A DNA stretch of 64,000 bases from Lingula anatina. Lineage: Eukaryota > Animalia > Brachiopoda. Location: contig CM120645.1 in the NCBI GenBank assembly GCA_051362555.1, positions 16,802,001 to 16,866,000 of the forward strand, written 5' to 3'. A model generated the notes under the pieces. It ran no database searches and had not been told where the DNA came from. It worked only from the letters and a program-made list of their open reading frames with translations. Position numbers and translations under genes: made by a program. Shown one piece after another: positions 1-14,700 of the stretch; the first letter of the stretch is position 1; each line of letters begins with the position of its first letter.

Positions 1-47
1 AGTACTGTCGCTGTCATAGCTATTGTCATAGTTACAAGTATACTAAC

Positions 48-252
48 CCTGTTCAGGTATTCCACTGTGACCTGATGCCAGTTCCCGTCATTGACACCTC
101 CATCAACATGAGCCGTCACCTGTGTCGAGCGAGAACCCAAGGAGAACATGAAGCGAACTTGAGCATCTACTATCTCCAGGGAAATGAAGTCGTGCTGCCC
201 GTTATAGCGGCCATTGTACAGTAACAGAGCATTCTTCTGACGTGTGGCAAAA
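48..252 (-). CDS. CELSR: CELSR exon 6: laminin-G 1; gene continues beyond the left edge
   Basis: ttcag|(S)FATRQKNALLLYNGRYNGQHDFISLEIVDAQVRFMFSLGSRSTQVTAHVDGGVNDGNWHQVTVEYLNR|gttagt. LLLYNGR and DG.WH are LamG motifs. Phase 2 to 0. Confidence 0.95.
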
Positions 253-1791
253 CTGAAATACAGAGATATAGAATCTGATTGATTTTCTAGTCTTTTATTT
301 GTAGCTGCATTGTTTTTAACAATGAGAGGAAAAAGCCCAACAAAGTCACAAAAAATCTTGATAACAAAAACCTATCTTTAACTGCATCATGATATAGAAA
401 TATTCAAAAGAGTAACACAAAAGCCTCGATCAACTGTCTGAAAAAGATGCTATCAGACTTTACCAGGTAAAAAATATTGAGTATGTTTGATCACAGGCAC
501 AAACAAGGTAAGTTAAAGAGTGAGCTGAAAAACTTTTCTTCTTTTTCATTTTTTTTTCTGATCCAATCATCCTCTGCCCCAGCACTTAACCTAATAATCC
601 AGCAAAGTATAATAGACCACTCTGTCACACGTCAAACTTCTCTCAATTCAAAAGCAGTCACCAAAGCAAAGCTAACAGCTTCTTTTGTCCTCTCTTTTCA
701 CATCAGCTGATAAAATTCTTCAACAAAAGTCTGATCTATTTGTTATATGGGTCAATTCTTTAAGAAAGAAAAAAATATTTGAAAAGTGCTATCAATGGAG
801 GCGAGTATCTCTCCTTTTTGGTATCAACCCTCGAACAACTATCTAATATATTTGTCATGCAAGTCAATTACTTAAAGAAGGCAAACTATTTGAAGAAGTG
901 TTATTTGGGGGACAATTATCCATCTTCAATGAATGCCAGTGCCTTTGCAGTTTTACACCTGGTTGAAACTCTGTATGTTTCAAATGTGCTCTGAATTCTT
1001 AATGCAAGCCATTTCTTGAAAGAAACCTATGTCAAAGAATAAGAAACTGGTTGACTATTTGAAAATTTTACAATATCAGGCATGAAAGGTAATCCTGAAT
1101 CTCACATCAATTACATGTGTGTATATGTACGTATGCCATAAAAGGAGTGCAGCAAAAGAAAAAATGCTTTCATTCAAAATAAAAATGTACTGGCTTTAAA
1201 TAGAAATATCATATTAACACAAAATAGGAAACTGTAATGTAATAGACATAAAACCATCCATCAATGCATTTAATGAGCGAAAAATATAATCTTTTTTCAA
1301 GCATAGTAAATACATTACTGCACATGGCAAGAAGGCCTGTTGTTCAATTAATCTGATTGCATTCAGCAAGAGTCCCGAGGAGTCGGATCGATCTATATGA
1401 AACAATAATTTCATTGGGAATGTACCCTTAGACAACATTTTCAACACATATCACACTGTGAGCAATCCAGACATTCACTTTTCTTGCTGTGAGGCAACAA
1501 CTAAGGTTAACTGTGGCTGGTTCTTTAATCAATTCTGAGAAGTTAAAACTTCTGGAGCCAGAACCAGACACTCACTGAGAGAAGTTTTTCTGACTGGAGG
1601 GCATCAACCGTGGAGGTGATAATTAAGTCACTTTCTATCACTGTTTACCAAGTTCTGTGCCAATACTTGTACTAGTGCATGGGTCTATGAGAAATGCATT
1701 GACATTAATGTCAAATAATCAGAACTATTAATATAAGTTGTAGATGTAGTAGTGGTCTTTTCCCTATCTTCCTCTACCCATCTCTCTTTTG

Positions 1792-1816
1792 CTCTCTCTC
1801 TCTCTCTCTCTCTCTC
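1792..1816. repeat. (CT)n microsatellite
   Basis: Direct reading. Confidence 0.9.
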
Positions 1817-4159
1817 AAGTGTACATTATTGTAATCCCAACAAACAGATGTGTGATCAAGGCCCATAAATATGCAGAAATTTCTCCTCAGAGAGACTATT
1901 TGTTCATCAATGAGAAGGTATGCTGTGTGTATGTCAAACCAATTCCTTAACAAGGATCTCTACACAGAGCTCTGCATGGGATCTTGCCTTCTCTCTCACA
2001 CCGCCCTAACCAGGCCAGACAGGCAGAAAAACCAATTTACTTTTTATAGATTTCAATCATAGCATTTACTCCTCAACCTTTGGGAATTATTGAACTTGTG
2101 AGATTTGTCTTTAGAAAACATCTTTTAGTATCATCTTTATCTTCAAGTATCCACCCCATGGATCATGGCCTATCAGCATTGAGGGCCTAAACGTGTATTT
2201 CCAAAAGGCAAATATGAGTATCCTTTCTGAGAGCCTTATCATTTATAGTATAACAAAAGAACATGGATACCATTCTGGGGTTAATTTTTATGTTACTCAG
2301 GCTGTGAGATAATGCGATACCCCACAGCTCAGCCTTTAGGGATAAAATAACGAAGAATAAACAAAAAAGAAACCTACAAGTGTTTTTTTTTTTCAAATCT
2401 GTTACTTAGGCATGTAACAATTTGGCAGAGGCATGCCTCTCTATCTGCGCTGTCTGGTAGACAAGGAGAAGATAAAGACTGAAGGCATTTTTTGGCTTCT
2501 TTAAAACAGCCACAATCACCAGCAAGGAATCTCAATTATTTTAAAAGACTAATATGCCCATCTTTTTTTTTCATTCTTTCTTATAATGAAGAAAATGGAT
2601 AGCAGCCAATACATAACAATCAGTAACAAATTCAGATGTAAGAAACCACAAATTGTTAACTAGATCCAGGCCATCAACTATCTGATATCTCCTCCACGCC
2701 TTGGTGTGGCTTTATAACAGAAGTAACAAACACTTTTAAACCCAATTTTGTACAATGTCATAATAACTCATACACCAACATTCTGTGGCATATTGAATAA
2801 CAGACAACTGAGGACTTGTCAGGTAACAGTTAACATTTCTTCAAATCCCTCTGGGATATATTTCGAGTTTTTTTCCTAAGGATTCTTGCCATCATGTAAG
2901 TATGACTAACCTTCCTATGCTGGGTAGATATCTCTAATGCAATCAACACACATTTCTAGACAGTTGCGTGAATGAGTAAGAACATATTTCTTGCAGACTG
3001 CTGTGAGCATATGCGTGCTTACAAATTTAAATGCAGAAATTGTCTCCTCAACTGGCACTTTCAGTAAAACCATGCTTGTTCTGCACATACACATTTTTTT
3101 TTAATCACGCAGAGCAAAATATTCTAAAATAAACATTTCTTCATTAATAGAAATGATATTTTCCATAAAAATAAATCTACAGCTTGAGAACAATGACCTG
3201 ATAATGATAATAATATTGAATTATGCCACATCAGAAGGTAACCAAGAGGAGCCAAAATATTGAAACCAAAGGCCCTAATTTTAGATGTTGATTGAAAAAA
3301 CTATACAACACTGTAACCATGAAGTTACTAAGAACAATGAAGTTCATTTCATGACCTTTGGGTTTGAACAGAAACACTGTCTGCTCCACCAACAGTGATT
3401 AACACTATTAAATACTTAATTTATTATCTTCAAAATAGTGCTCTGACCTCCCTAGGATGTCTTTTCTTTTATTCAAACAACCAAATATCACATAAATTCA
3501 GTCAGATCTATGGGAAATTTTGCAAAAATAAATGAATAAATAAATAATAAAATAAAATAAAATAAAATAAAATCAGATACTTTCCTTTTTCTTCCACAAT
3601 AGAAGGTAGAATATGTTTATTTACACAAAAGCATTTACTCCTCCTTCCAGGTCCTCTATCTCTCTCTTATTTTTGCATTCCGCACATCTCACACCATCTT
3701 TTTTCTATTTTCCCCTCCCCTATTTTGACTTCCACCCCTCATTCTCACACACTCTCTCTCTCCAGTGTTTGATGATGAAGCATCAATATTCTCAGAAGCA
3801 GAGTGAGAGATGAGTCACCCCACTAAGTAATTGCCTATCTCTCCATCCAAGGCTCATCATTCAAAAGTCCCCTTGGAAAGCATTGTGTCACAAGTTATCT
3901 GAGGAAGATATGAAGCACACTTTAACATCAATAACTTGCTGGATGTATCAAGACGTGTGATACTGCAATTCCAGCCCCTCTTGAAAGAATTGTCTCTTAA
4001 GAATAATTCTTTAACGCAAACCATTAGTTACTACTTGAGTAAAATTTGAAGAAAATTCCTTTTGGGTTTCCATTCATATAATTCAATTCTATTAATCTTC
4101 TGTGCATGTTTCTATGTGTGTAAATAAATTCTTTTAAAGAAACATTCTCATACTCTTTC

Positions 4160-5492
4160 CAGACTTTACGAAAGGCAATAAAATCTGTCAGACATTCGGT
4201 CTGACAAGCTTGAAAATTCTGTCAGACCGAAACAAAATCTGTCAGACCGAAGTAAAATAATAGAAATATGAACCATTATTCATCTTTTCATGTGTATTTT
4301 CTAACGTTTTAAATCATTGAAATTAAATCAAATATTAAATTTTTGATATATATTTATTTGTAAAAAAGTAATATAAGAAAGAAAAACAAAAAAACAAAAA
4401 CAAAAAAAAAAAAACAAAAAAGGCAAAAAATTACTTGCATAACAAGTTGTTTTTTATTTAATGAAAAAGACGCTGTGGAATGACACAAGGACTAAAAACA
4501 ATACAAGTATGAAGAATGTGTAGCTAGTAATATCAAATGTATGTCCATAAAAACGTCTGTTAATCAGATAACCATTTCACACGTTGTTTTTGGCAATAAC
4601 ATATGCATTTTGAAACAGCACAGTAAGGCAGTCTCTTTCATCCAATTGAAGCTTTGACAGGGACTGTCCAGTCCGAGTCTAAGTTCCTTCTTCATTTTAT
4701 TTCTTTTTTTATAAAAAGAAACTTAAACTGTGAGCTTTCATCAAGTTCATGTGCACTTTCTCCAACTCGTGGTGAACGGTACATGCAAATACGTACATAT
4801 GTTCCATAATTTAAGAACCCGTAATAAAGCTGTAACATTTATGTTGCTATTGATCAAAATGATAACTTTAGTACTCCTGACACTCGGCACATACTATTTT
4901 CCTCTCCTACAGATCACAAGTTCGCCAGGGCCTACCTTCTTTCCAATTTTATTAAACTTCCATTTCTTTTCCTCACTTCGTTTTCATTTTTGCCACGCTT
5001 TGCACCAACGAAGTGTTTAAAGTTCAACAACGTCATTTCTAAGCAAAAGGCTTATCCATGAGTACTGTGTACGACTGATAATGAAGAAACAGAGGATCAA
5101 GTCTGTAAAAACGCAAATAGCACGAGCACATGTGTTGCAGCCATTTTGTTGTGTAGGGGTATTACGAAAACGAAAACGAGACTGTACATTACATCATTCA
5201 GGAATCCCCCAACCTCAGCCAGTCACAAAATAGTATTTGTGAGTGAAACTGAGGTTAATAAATTATGTATAATTAGCTGGGAACTCCCCGAGATTTTCAC
5301 CCCGTCTCTCTTTTCGAATGAAGTAAAATATACCGTCCAGAAAAGAAACAACAACGTATTCCTTATATTTACACATTCCCAGTCAGTTTGAAAACTCGCC
5401 GGACATAAGGTCCGACGATACAGGATTTTTTATCGGACCGAGACGAAATTTGCCAGGCATGTCCGACGGTCCGACGCCTTTCGTAAAGTCTG
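4160..5492 (-). mobile_element. Non-autonomous hAT DNA transposon (deletion derivative with decayed ZNF862-type transposase)
   Basis: Perfect 17-bp TIRs CAGACTTTACGAAAGGC (4160-4176 / 5476-5492). Flanking duplication CTCTTTC (4153-4159, 5493-5499). Subterminal tctgtcagac and gtccgac repeats. Minus-strand remnants LFQNAYVIAKNN and a broken TTF-type Zn finger (RPW...C..C...F.TGS...HE...H). Confidence 0.85.
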
Positions 5493-6059
5493 CTCTTTCT
5501 AACAAAAACCAATTCTAATAAATATTCCAGTTGCCACTTGCAAAAGAAACTATTTTCCAGGACAAAATTATCAATTATACACAGATATCTAATCTTGTTT
5601 TCATTATTGCTTCCTGAAGCAAAGCTGTTTGAGGTTTTCCAGGGTCAGAAGTCTCCAAATGTGGCGCGTCCCTCCAGACAGAGTAGTTTTCTAAATAGAT
5701 TACAACAAAGCCTTCAGGGACAGCAAAGAGAAGCATTTTGCAGTCCAGTAGAGTACTAAGGGCCAGTCAATAGATGTTTAGAACATCAGCCATGGCAGAG
5801 CATTTTACTCTAAGCAGGACAGAGGATATAACATATTGTAGATTTGATACAAATTTTTCATTTTCAAACCTTTTTTTCTTTGTTTGGGAGGGGGATGGGA
5901 GATTTTTAAATTTCAAGACAAAGCATATCAGAAGAAAAAATCCTTCTCAACCATTAATTATACAATTCTGATCAGTGAACTTAGTTTGTGATAAAAGAAT
6001 TCTTTATTATTTTTTATCAAATGATAAAATCTAAAATCTGATCAATCCGTCCTACTCAC

Positions 6060-6306
6060 CTGAGCTGTATTTTGAACCTGTGTCTCCTCTTCATGGATGG
6101 AAACATGAGGAACGACCCCTTGGCAAAGCTGCGTGTTGTCATCTCACAGAATGCATTATGGTACTCCTCCTGTGGACAGCCATCACAGCGGAAACCCCCC
6201 TTAATCAGGGTCTGGCAGTTAGATGGGGGTTTGCAGACATGAGATACCTCTGCTGGACAGCCTGAGGGATACTTCGTGTACTTCATATCCGTCTCACAGC
6301 TGCGGC
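6060..6306 (-). CDS. CELSR: CELSR exon 5: EGF repeat and start of laminin-G 1
   Basis: tacag|GRSCETD...GGFRCDGCPQEEYHNAFCEMTTRSFAKGSFLMFPSMKRRHRFKIQL AG|gtgagt. Phase 1 to 2. Confidence 0.95.
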
Positions 6307-8653
6307 CTGTAGATGACAAAATAATCGTTTTCTTTTCAAGGGACACAAAGAGCATTAGATCTTCATAGTGGCAAAAAAGTTATTTTCCTACAAATTTCAA
6401 CACTTTTTCATTAATAGTTAAGATATACCAAAACCCCAAACCGACCAGAGTTACAATCCATTATTGAATTTTAAACTTTTAGTTTTTGAATCAGTTGCCT
6501 ACTAATAACTGAGAGAGCCTGGCGTATTTACACTTATGACAGTAAAAATGGGAAATTTATACTAAAAAACAGGTTCATAGATCACAATTTTCTTAGCAGT
6601 TTTAGAAGGGTATAGTTAAGTGGCAAAAGGAAAATTGCTGAGCTTTCTAGTATTTTTTTCTCTATAAAGATGTTATGCATAAAATAATAATAAATCAGTG
6701 GGAAGAATGGTGACATTTATAATAAGGGAATATGGATGAAATAAAGAAGCAAATTGGATTATCGCTACTATGTGTGTGAATAAGTGTGCATGCATGAGTG
6801 CATGCTAAAAAATGTAAAATAAAGCACATAAACAGCAAGCCATGTATGTGCATCTGTGTAAAGATGTATAACAATACACATAAGCTGTAAGTGATCTGCA
6901 TAATTCATCAAACAAAAACCCACTTCCAAGAGACGCCACATTGATTAATACAGAGACCACAGACAAAGCAATTAATTCTAGAATTGTTTTGGCAGAATTA
7001 CGTCTTGAAAAGCACACGTTTACTGCTCTAAAGTGGGTCTTTATTTGCCAGTGAGCCTCACAATGGATTTTAAGAGGCCCATTTCCGTGTATTACTTCCT
7101 CTTGTAACCAGCTTCTGTGTGTTTTGGAAGCCATACCATATAGCCAATATCTCTTATTTAAACAATGATTCTCTTAATGCAATCTTACACAGAAATGCTG
7201 CAAGCGACTCCATATTATTCATTCAATGGTTATAATGGATTGCTTTAGCGTTATCCTCTTATTCAAGAAAAGGAAATGTGAATAAGGATAAGTTTAATAT
7301 CATAAAAAAACTGTATCTGAGAGATGTGTCAAATACAACACGTTGGTTTTGTTAGAAAAGTACTGCAATCATCAAGAAATAATATATCAAACAAATAACT
7401 TATACCTTATGCATTCATAATTCAATTTGAAAATCTTGAGTGTTTTTATTTCTAAAGTCAGTAGCTTACTTTTGATAATATTTTTTCCAATCTTTTTTGT
7501 CATATTCAACTTCACATTTGGTGTATTAGAAGTATTGATATGTGTATTTTTATTTGCAATGAATTTTCAACAAAAAATCATGATAAATGTTTAAGCAACT
7601 TTAAAAAGCACACAAAACAGGTATTTCCCAAAGTGACAAAAAGCCGTCTACAAGGTCAAGGCACAACAAAAGTCCAAAGATAGTGAGTGCCTGCTAAACT
7701 ACAGAAGGCTTAACATGGGCCCGCACATAGCCCTCTCTCCAAGTAGCCAAGATATGGCATGTTTGCTGTTTGACAGAGATGGGAATTATTGTCAGCAATC
7801 AAAATACCTTGCTGGTGTATTGATACAGGGAATACTGAGAGGTTGCTTTTGCCATGTTTGTGTGCACATAATTATCTGTCCATAAAGAGAATGTCTCTGA
7901 CCTGCCATATCATCACCCTCTCATTTCTAGCATCAGGGGAATACCACAGGTTCCATGTTTGAGTGCGAGTTCAAATCTGTCTGCAAACAGTCAATCCTTT
8001 GCCAATGTCTGCCCTCCCACCTTCACCACTACCCTATTCAAAGTAGTTGTCTTGGTTATATGTAAGTGTGATTTTAAAGGGTATCATCTCTCTGTTGTCC
8101 CCCCCCCCTCCTCCCCCAACTCAATTCCTATGACCCAGCATTAGAAAATTAGAAAAATGTTGTCATGCTTGTGTGCAAGGGGTATCTGACAAAAAAAAAA
8201 AAAGATTTTCTTTTTTCATTAACTCCCCTCTCTCTTACACACACACACATAAACCTTCTCAACATTATCAATAGTTAGGAACTGCCATATTTTTATGCCT
8301 GAGCAAAGGAGAATCTGTCCTTGATCAAAATGTCTGCCTCTGTGGTATCCCCCTTCCCGCCTCCCTTTTCAAGCGCCAGAATTGCTCAAGTTGCCATGTT
8401 TGTGCAAATGAGAATCTGTCGGCAATCAAAATGTCTGCCTCTGTCATGTACAGCGATGATTAAATGCTGTCTGATGTAGTCGTATGTGCCAGGCAATCAA
8501 ACCAGTCCACTTAGTAGGAATCAAAAATCAATACTGAAACTGATAACTGGCTGAATAGCCCAGGATGAAATACACATCATTCATTTGAATGGAGCAAATG
8601 ATTTTGTACAAATGATAAGATCCGAACAGAGAAGGGCCACTGGCACCAAGGGC

Positions 8654-8712
8654 AGAGAGAGAAAGAGAGAGAGAGAAAGAGAGAAACAGAGAGAGAGCAA
8701 GAGAGAGAGAGA
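8654..8712. repeat. Imperfect (GA)n microsatellite
   Basis: Direct reading. Confidence 0.9.
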
Positions 8713-10716
8713 ATTATTGTTACTGCTAAAATAGCATTGTTCCCATTAATTTCAAGGCCTAAATCCAGCTTTCAATAAAGAAAACTTATTTGCATTATCT
8801 ACCATTGGCTGTGCTGGTGGCACCTATCAACATCTACTTTATTAATTCAGCTCTCTCAGGGATTACAATCACTGTCATTATCCTTGAGAGCAAGTCAACC
8901 TGAAGGGAGATTTAGAGCATCTGGGGAAAATATAATTACAAATTTTCCCATCGTTATTTGGGAAACGAATCTAAGCAAAGCTGTTGCATGGTGATATTGA
9001 GGATGGAAAAAACAACAATTATTTGAATCTTAACATTAAATTGCTTCAGTTCTGATGGTCATTAAGTAATCTGGTATATCTCTAACTTTTTGGTTATTCT
9101 CACCAAGTCTTAACAGTAAATGTCATGTTATGTTTCACTTGTCCAGGATTAAATTTCTTCTAGTCAACCAGATAATTATAGTGAAACAAAATACTTGAAC
9201 TGTATCAATGATTAACTTGGTATAAATGGTGAAATATCTGGCAGTTTTTAATCCAGAACTTTACAATATTTCAGCAGCCCTTGGGGCACAAATTCATATG
9301 CATAATGGCTACCAATTACAAGGGTGTTTAACAATTAATTAACATTAATGCCAGTGGTTTAGCACTGTAGAAACTATAACCCTGTGACATACTAAATAAT
9401 TACTTTGTTATAAATTTGAAATAAGGTGTTGAAAATGACCCTCAAATTGAAAGTCAACTATAACCTTGAAGTAAAAGTATTCAGTGTTATGTTTAGATAG
9501 AAGAAATAAATGGAAAGCCAGTATATCATATAGCGTGCAGGGATGTTGACAACAAGGGTGTTAGGCAACTTATCCTTTAGGTTCCCCATCATTACTGAGC
9601 AATTTAATCATTTTAACTGTCAAACTGTATACATATCAGATATCGGACACCCCAAATATTTTCATGACATGATGTAAACACTTCACCGCTGATGTTACAA
9701 CAACATTAGAAAGTCCCTTGTTGCAGCTGTATGTTTAGAGATAATAGATCTAAATGGTTCCATGTCACCTCACCCCGTCTAAACAGTGAGGACATAATAA
9801 TCACATTACCCAAGGTGTATATGGTTAATGCAGATACAGAGATGTTTGGGACCAATTTACTAATCTAAAGTGAACCTACGCATTAGAGAAAGTGTGTTAC
9901 TGAAATTACTCGCTATTTAGATCCAAAATGATCTAATTTTCCAAATTTTACAAAGACTATAAATATATTATATTGTATAATTAGAAAATTGAAATAACTG
10001 AAATGTTTTCATTTTGTTTAAATTTATTAAAATGCAATAACCAATATGCTTTTAAAAAACTGCATAAACCTCAAATGGGACCAAGCTGGTATGGTTTTTC
10101 TTTTTACCTTTTTGTTAATCTAAATAACCATTTTCCAATTAAAACAATTAAAAGCTATAAGACTTTACAAATTACTGATTATAAATTAATATTTATTTAC
10201 AAATTTTATTTATCAAACTTCCATCTTTTATCAAAAAATCCCCCTCCTGGTTACTGTTATTTAGGTTTAGACTAAAGACAGTATCAGCAGGTTCTTTATA
10301 AAAGCAATAAAATCCCTACTCTAATATTCAGATAGAAAATAGTTATTCTGGACCTTGTTCTATACTTATAATGATTAATCTGCAATCAGCACATTAAAGC
10401 AAAGTGATTTTTAATTGAGCTGGTAGTAAAATGTGTGACATGATAAAACAAGCCATGTAATGCCATCGTCTAACCACATATTGCTTATGGAAAAATAATC
10501 GAGTTGTCATTAGGGAAAGAAAATAACACAGTCCAAACTTAAATTGCCATGTAATTACATGGTATAACATCCTGTTGCTATCATGTTGGGCTGATAAAAT
10601 GAGCAACAAACATACAGTGATGTTGTATTGTGTAATTTGTGTAAGACGGCCCCTATCTTCAAAATCTAATGATGGATCTCAGAATTACTGCCAATACAAA
10701 ACAAAAATTGACTCAC

Positions 10717-10842
10717 CTGTGAACCCTGTAAGACAAATGCACGTGTAGCCGCCCTCGTGTCGTAAGCAAGTTCCGTTGTTCTGACAGGGGTTGGAGTAGC
10801 ACAGGTTCACTTCTGTGTCACATTCATATTCCACGTTCATTC
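10717..10842 (-). CDS. CELSR: CELSR exon 4: EGF repeat
   Basis: ttctag|[43 protein letters not shown]|gtgagt. 126 nt, phase 1 to 1. Confidence 0.95.
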
Positions 10843-11585
10843 CTAGAAATTGACAGAATTAAAAACAAATTTGTTTTAACTAATAACTTATGAAAAAAAT
10901 GCTAACAACAAACTAACTAATGATAAAGATTTTAACAACAATTGTTACATATATTCCAATAAATGTAGTAAGGTATATAGTAAATAGTTGAAATCTACGT
11001 AGATAAAATAGCCTGTCATTTCATTTGTACATCTAGTGCTAAACAACCCTATTTTCATCATTAATCTCTTGCGATATTACATAACTTAATATAACCAATA
11101 CATGGCACATATTATAATTAAAACTCAAGCTGAGTTTCTGAGCTTCATTTTCAAAAAAAAATTTTTTCAGCAGATATTTCTTAGCAAATACCAATGTTCT
11201 ATGGGACTACAAATTGTCATGCAAATGTCAAATTGACACTTGGAACGGCAGATGACACCTGTGCAACATGAAAGGTCAGTCAAACTTTTATCATTATTTT
11301 TTGTTTCATTACACTAACACATGTGAAAAACACTGCATCTAATAATCTGAAGAGCTTCTAAAAGTCCATCATTCAACATAAAACTTACAATGTTTACATG
11401 GCTTAATGCAACAGAGTCTGTTTATTTTCTTTTAAATATTAAAGTGGTATTTGTAGCAAAATTATAAGCAAATAAAACAGAATCAATCTGATGAAACTCC
11501 CCGGCTGTAGAGATGTGGAGAGAAATTTATGGGGCTGTGAAGCGAAATTCTAGCCCAATAAGAGATCAGTCTAACAAACCCCAAC

Positions 11586-11760
11586 CTGTGAATCCAGCCG
11601 GGCAGATGCACTTTGACCCTTCAATGGGATATATGGGACGGAACAACATGGTGGGAGAGCTGAGGAAACCAGACGCATTGCCGAACTTCAGGATATCGAT
11701 GCATTCTTCATAGTTGAGGCAGGGCTCACGCACACAGATGTTATCATCAAAAGGAAGAAC
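11586..11760 (-). CDS. CELSR: CELSR exon 3: first EGF-like region
   Basis: ttcag|VLPFDDNICVREPCLNYEECIDILKFGNASGFLSSPTMLFRPIYPIEGSKCICPAGFT G|gttggg. VLPFDDN.C.REPC is a CELSR hallmark. Phase 0 to 1. Not in the ORF track. Confidence 0.95.
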
Positions 11761-14700
11761 CTGAAGATAAAAATTGTAATGAAATAGAAAATTTTGAATT
11801 AATGGTTATTTAATAAAGTAAAAATAAGAAAACAATATTTTGACCAAGTCATCAAAGCTTACAACTACAAATATAATTTTTTTTTTATTTCCACTTTTTT
11901 GAAGTCATATTTTTTTTACTTCACTATTTGTTCTTTTAGCATAATTACTATAGAACATAAACTTCCAAACACAAGCCTTCACTTGTTTCTTTCCATCACT
12001 AAAGAGCAGTGTATAATTGCTACACAAACATCAACACGACAACTAAAAAATTCCTGGAAAAATTAATCACAAACCGCTATCTTTTCACATGATTAAGTAA
12101 GCTATCTAAAACACTTGTAACATCAAAAAGAGAACTGAATGCCAAAAGAACATTATTTATTATCTTGATCAAGTAGATTTACAGTCAGGCCACTGGGTAT
12201 CATTTTCTTTTCCACCTGAATTCAGTGACTTCCATCAATTTACTGCTGAATTAGCCATGGCAAAGGCACAGACAGCAGGAGCAGTTGTTCTGCTTGTGTT
12301 TGCCATTAAACTTGGATTAAAATAATAACCCCTGGGGTACTAGGGAAACACACACCATCGCTGACACCTGTCTTGAAAGTGTGTTGTGACTGGTGCCCCC
12401 TGGTAGCAGTTTCCTACATAAATACCAAACACCGTCTGCTCAGTTTGTGGTCTAGATCACAATGGACAAAGTAAATGTTTAAACCCACAGCAAATGTTTT
12501 GAGTAAAAAGTCAGTGTTATGCACTCAAGATGATGGATTGTGTAATGAAAAGGGAGCACCCTAACTTCAGGTGATGGTTCAGCCAATGAGAGTGAAAATG
12601 CCACGATGCATTCAGACCATAAGTAGAACTTCAATTGTCAAACAGCACACAAATTTTTTAAGTAATTTAAAGGTCGTTACAGTGTTCTTATAGTGTTTAT
12701 AATTACTACCTCCACACAAAGAGTCCCTTAGACTTCCAAATCCCTGATTGTGTGATCACACAAGAAAGACTGATTCTCGGTCCAAATTGGTTCTCATGTG
12801 AACAGGCCTGAGGTTTCTGAGTAAGCCCTCCAGGTAAGAAAAACTTAAGTGCAAGCTGGCAGATGTGACCCATTGCTGTCAGAACATCTGCAGTGGAAGC
12901 ATGTATCATGCAGTGTCACATTACCCTCCTGGCAAAGACAAACTTAATGTGTTGACAAAGTTTTGGCTTGGCCTGGAGGGGTGTAAACTCAAATATTTTT
13001 TCTTAACCAGAACTTCCCAAATTATCTCAACTTTACCCACCAAACTGTAACATTCACAAGCCTATTATGAAAAAAATGCCCTATCGAATTTACTGCCTTT
13101 AATCCAAACTGCAATTTTCTATTCACCATGTAAATTTTCTATTCAAACAGTAATATTTTCTAGTTCAGCTTAAAAAAACTGTTCCACTTTTGCCAACTTT
13201 AATCCCAGACATAGAGTGCTGCACTGAATAAAATGACCTGAATGTTAGAAAAATTCAGCCTTCGCCTTACGCAAAGCATGATAATATTCAATATGAGCTG
13301 CACTCTGTGCAAACAAGTTGCTTTGACATGGTCTTGAAAAAAAATGATAAACTGAACAATTCTGATGCTAGGTCGAGACTCGACTGACACTAGCTTCAGG
13401 CAAATTAGACAGTTGCTGTCTTTCATAGCTTCATGTAATATTCCTAAATGTATGTGAAACACTGCTTGTGCAGTGGCCAGATATTGTGATGTTTACTATC
13501 TCCAGTAAACATAGTACTTATTGACTCATAACTTAAAGCACCGACAGTCAATGAGTTACAGTGGGGTATGCAGCACTGATAAGCAGAGAAAATTCAGGGT
13601 AAAATTTGATGCTATTTGGGGTATTTTGTGCACAGTATTTCTGTGGGCTGTCTATCAGCCTGTTTCCTTCCTGTTCATTTGTGAAGTTTCAACATTTTGG
13701 TCTAATATTTTGTCAGATTGTTTTTCAAAGCCTTTTAGTGCTTTCTTGAGAACATTCAAAACAAGCAGTTTTCAGTCATTTTACAATCAAACCACAGAGA
13801 TATCAAAACTGCTGGGTAAATATCAAAAGAATTCCATCAATGGCGTATGAAATACCACATTCAATATAAATGTCCTCAGCCAACAAAACTCACCACCAAT
13901 CAAACCACCCCAACTTATTTCAACCATCACGCAAAACAACCTAGTCCATTGTAGTTCAGGTTTGCTTTAGGTCCCACATATCTAGGAGTACACAAAAACC
14001 TTCAACAAACCCTGTGGAATCAAACATACCTGATGTAACAAAGAATAAGATACAGTGTATTTGAATCCTTTCCAAACACCAAGTGAACTAGAATTAAAAT
14101 GTGTTACATTCAATGGGCTGTGATAAGGAGAGTTGTGAAGGGGGGGGCATAGAGGAGAGGACTGTGAAGAAATTGGATTGAGTGTAATAAATAATGGCTG
14201 GTTTGAATGGCAGGCCACACTGGAGAAGTAGAGTGCACTTCAAACTCTCTTCAGTCCTGAGTGATATAGTGGTACAGTATGAAGAACAGAGGTGAATGGG
14301 GAGAGGTTTTGGATGGTTAGTTGACTTGGTACTAACCAGTCAACAATATTACAATTCAGTCTAAGGCAACTGGTTTGGTATCAGGCTGGCAATTTTTTTG
14401 GATTATTCACAGTAACTAGCTGACCAGTGGTCTTATATGAGGTCAACAAGTTCTAGTGACCAATGGCGACAGAAGTTTAAGGTGCAGACAGATTAACAAT
14501 CTGTCACCGAGGACTATTGGCTTTTAAGTTTTTCTTCATCTTAAAAAGAGATGACCAATCCATGAGACTCACAGCAATAATGTCAACTCTATATTTCGAT
14601 TATTTTTGGCCTGGACCATTGCTCTTGTGTCAAAGAGATCTGGAGTGCTCAGCTTTGTTTTAAGGTTTTGCAGCAGATTCTTGCATCTTTTCCCTCAACA

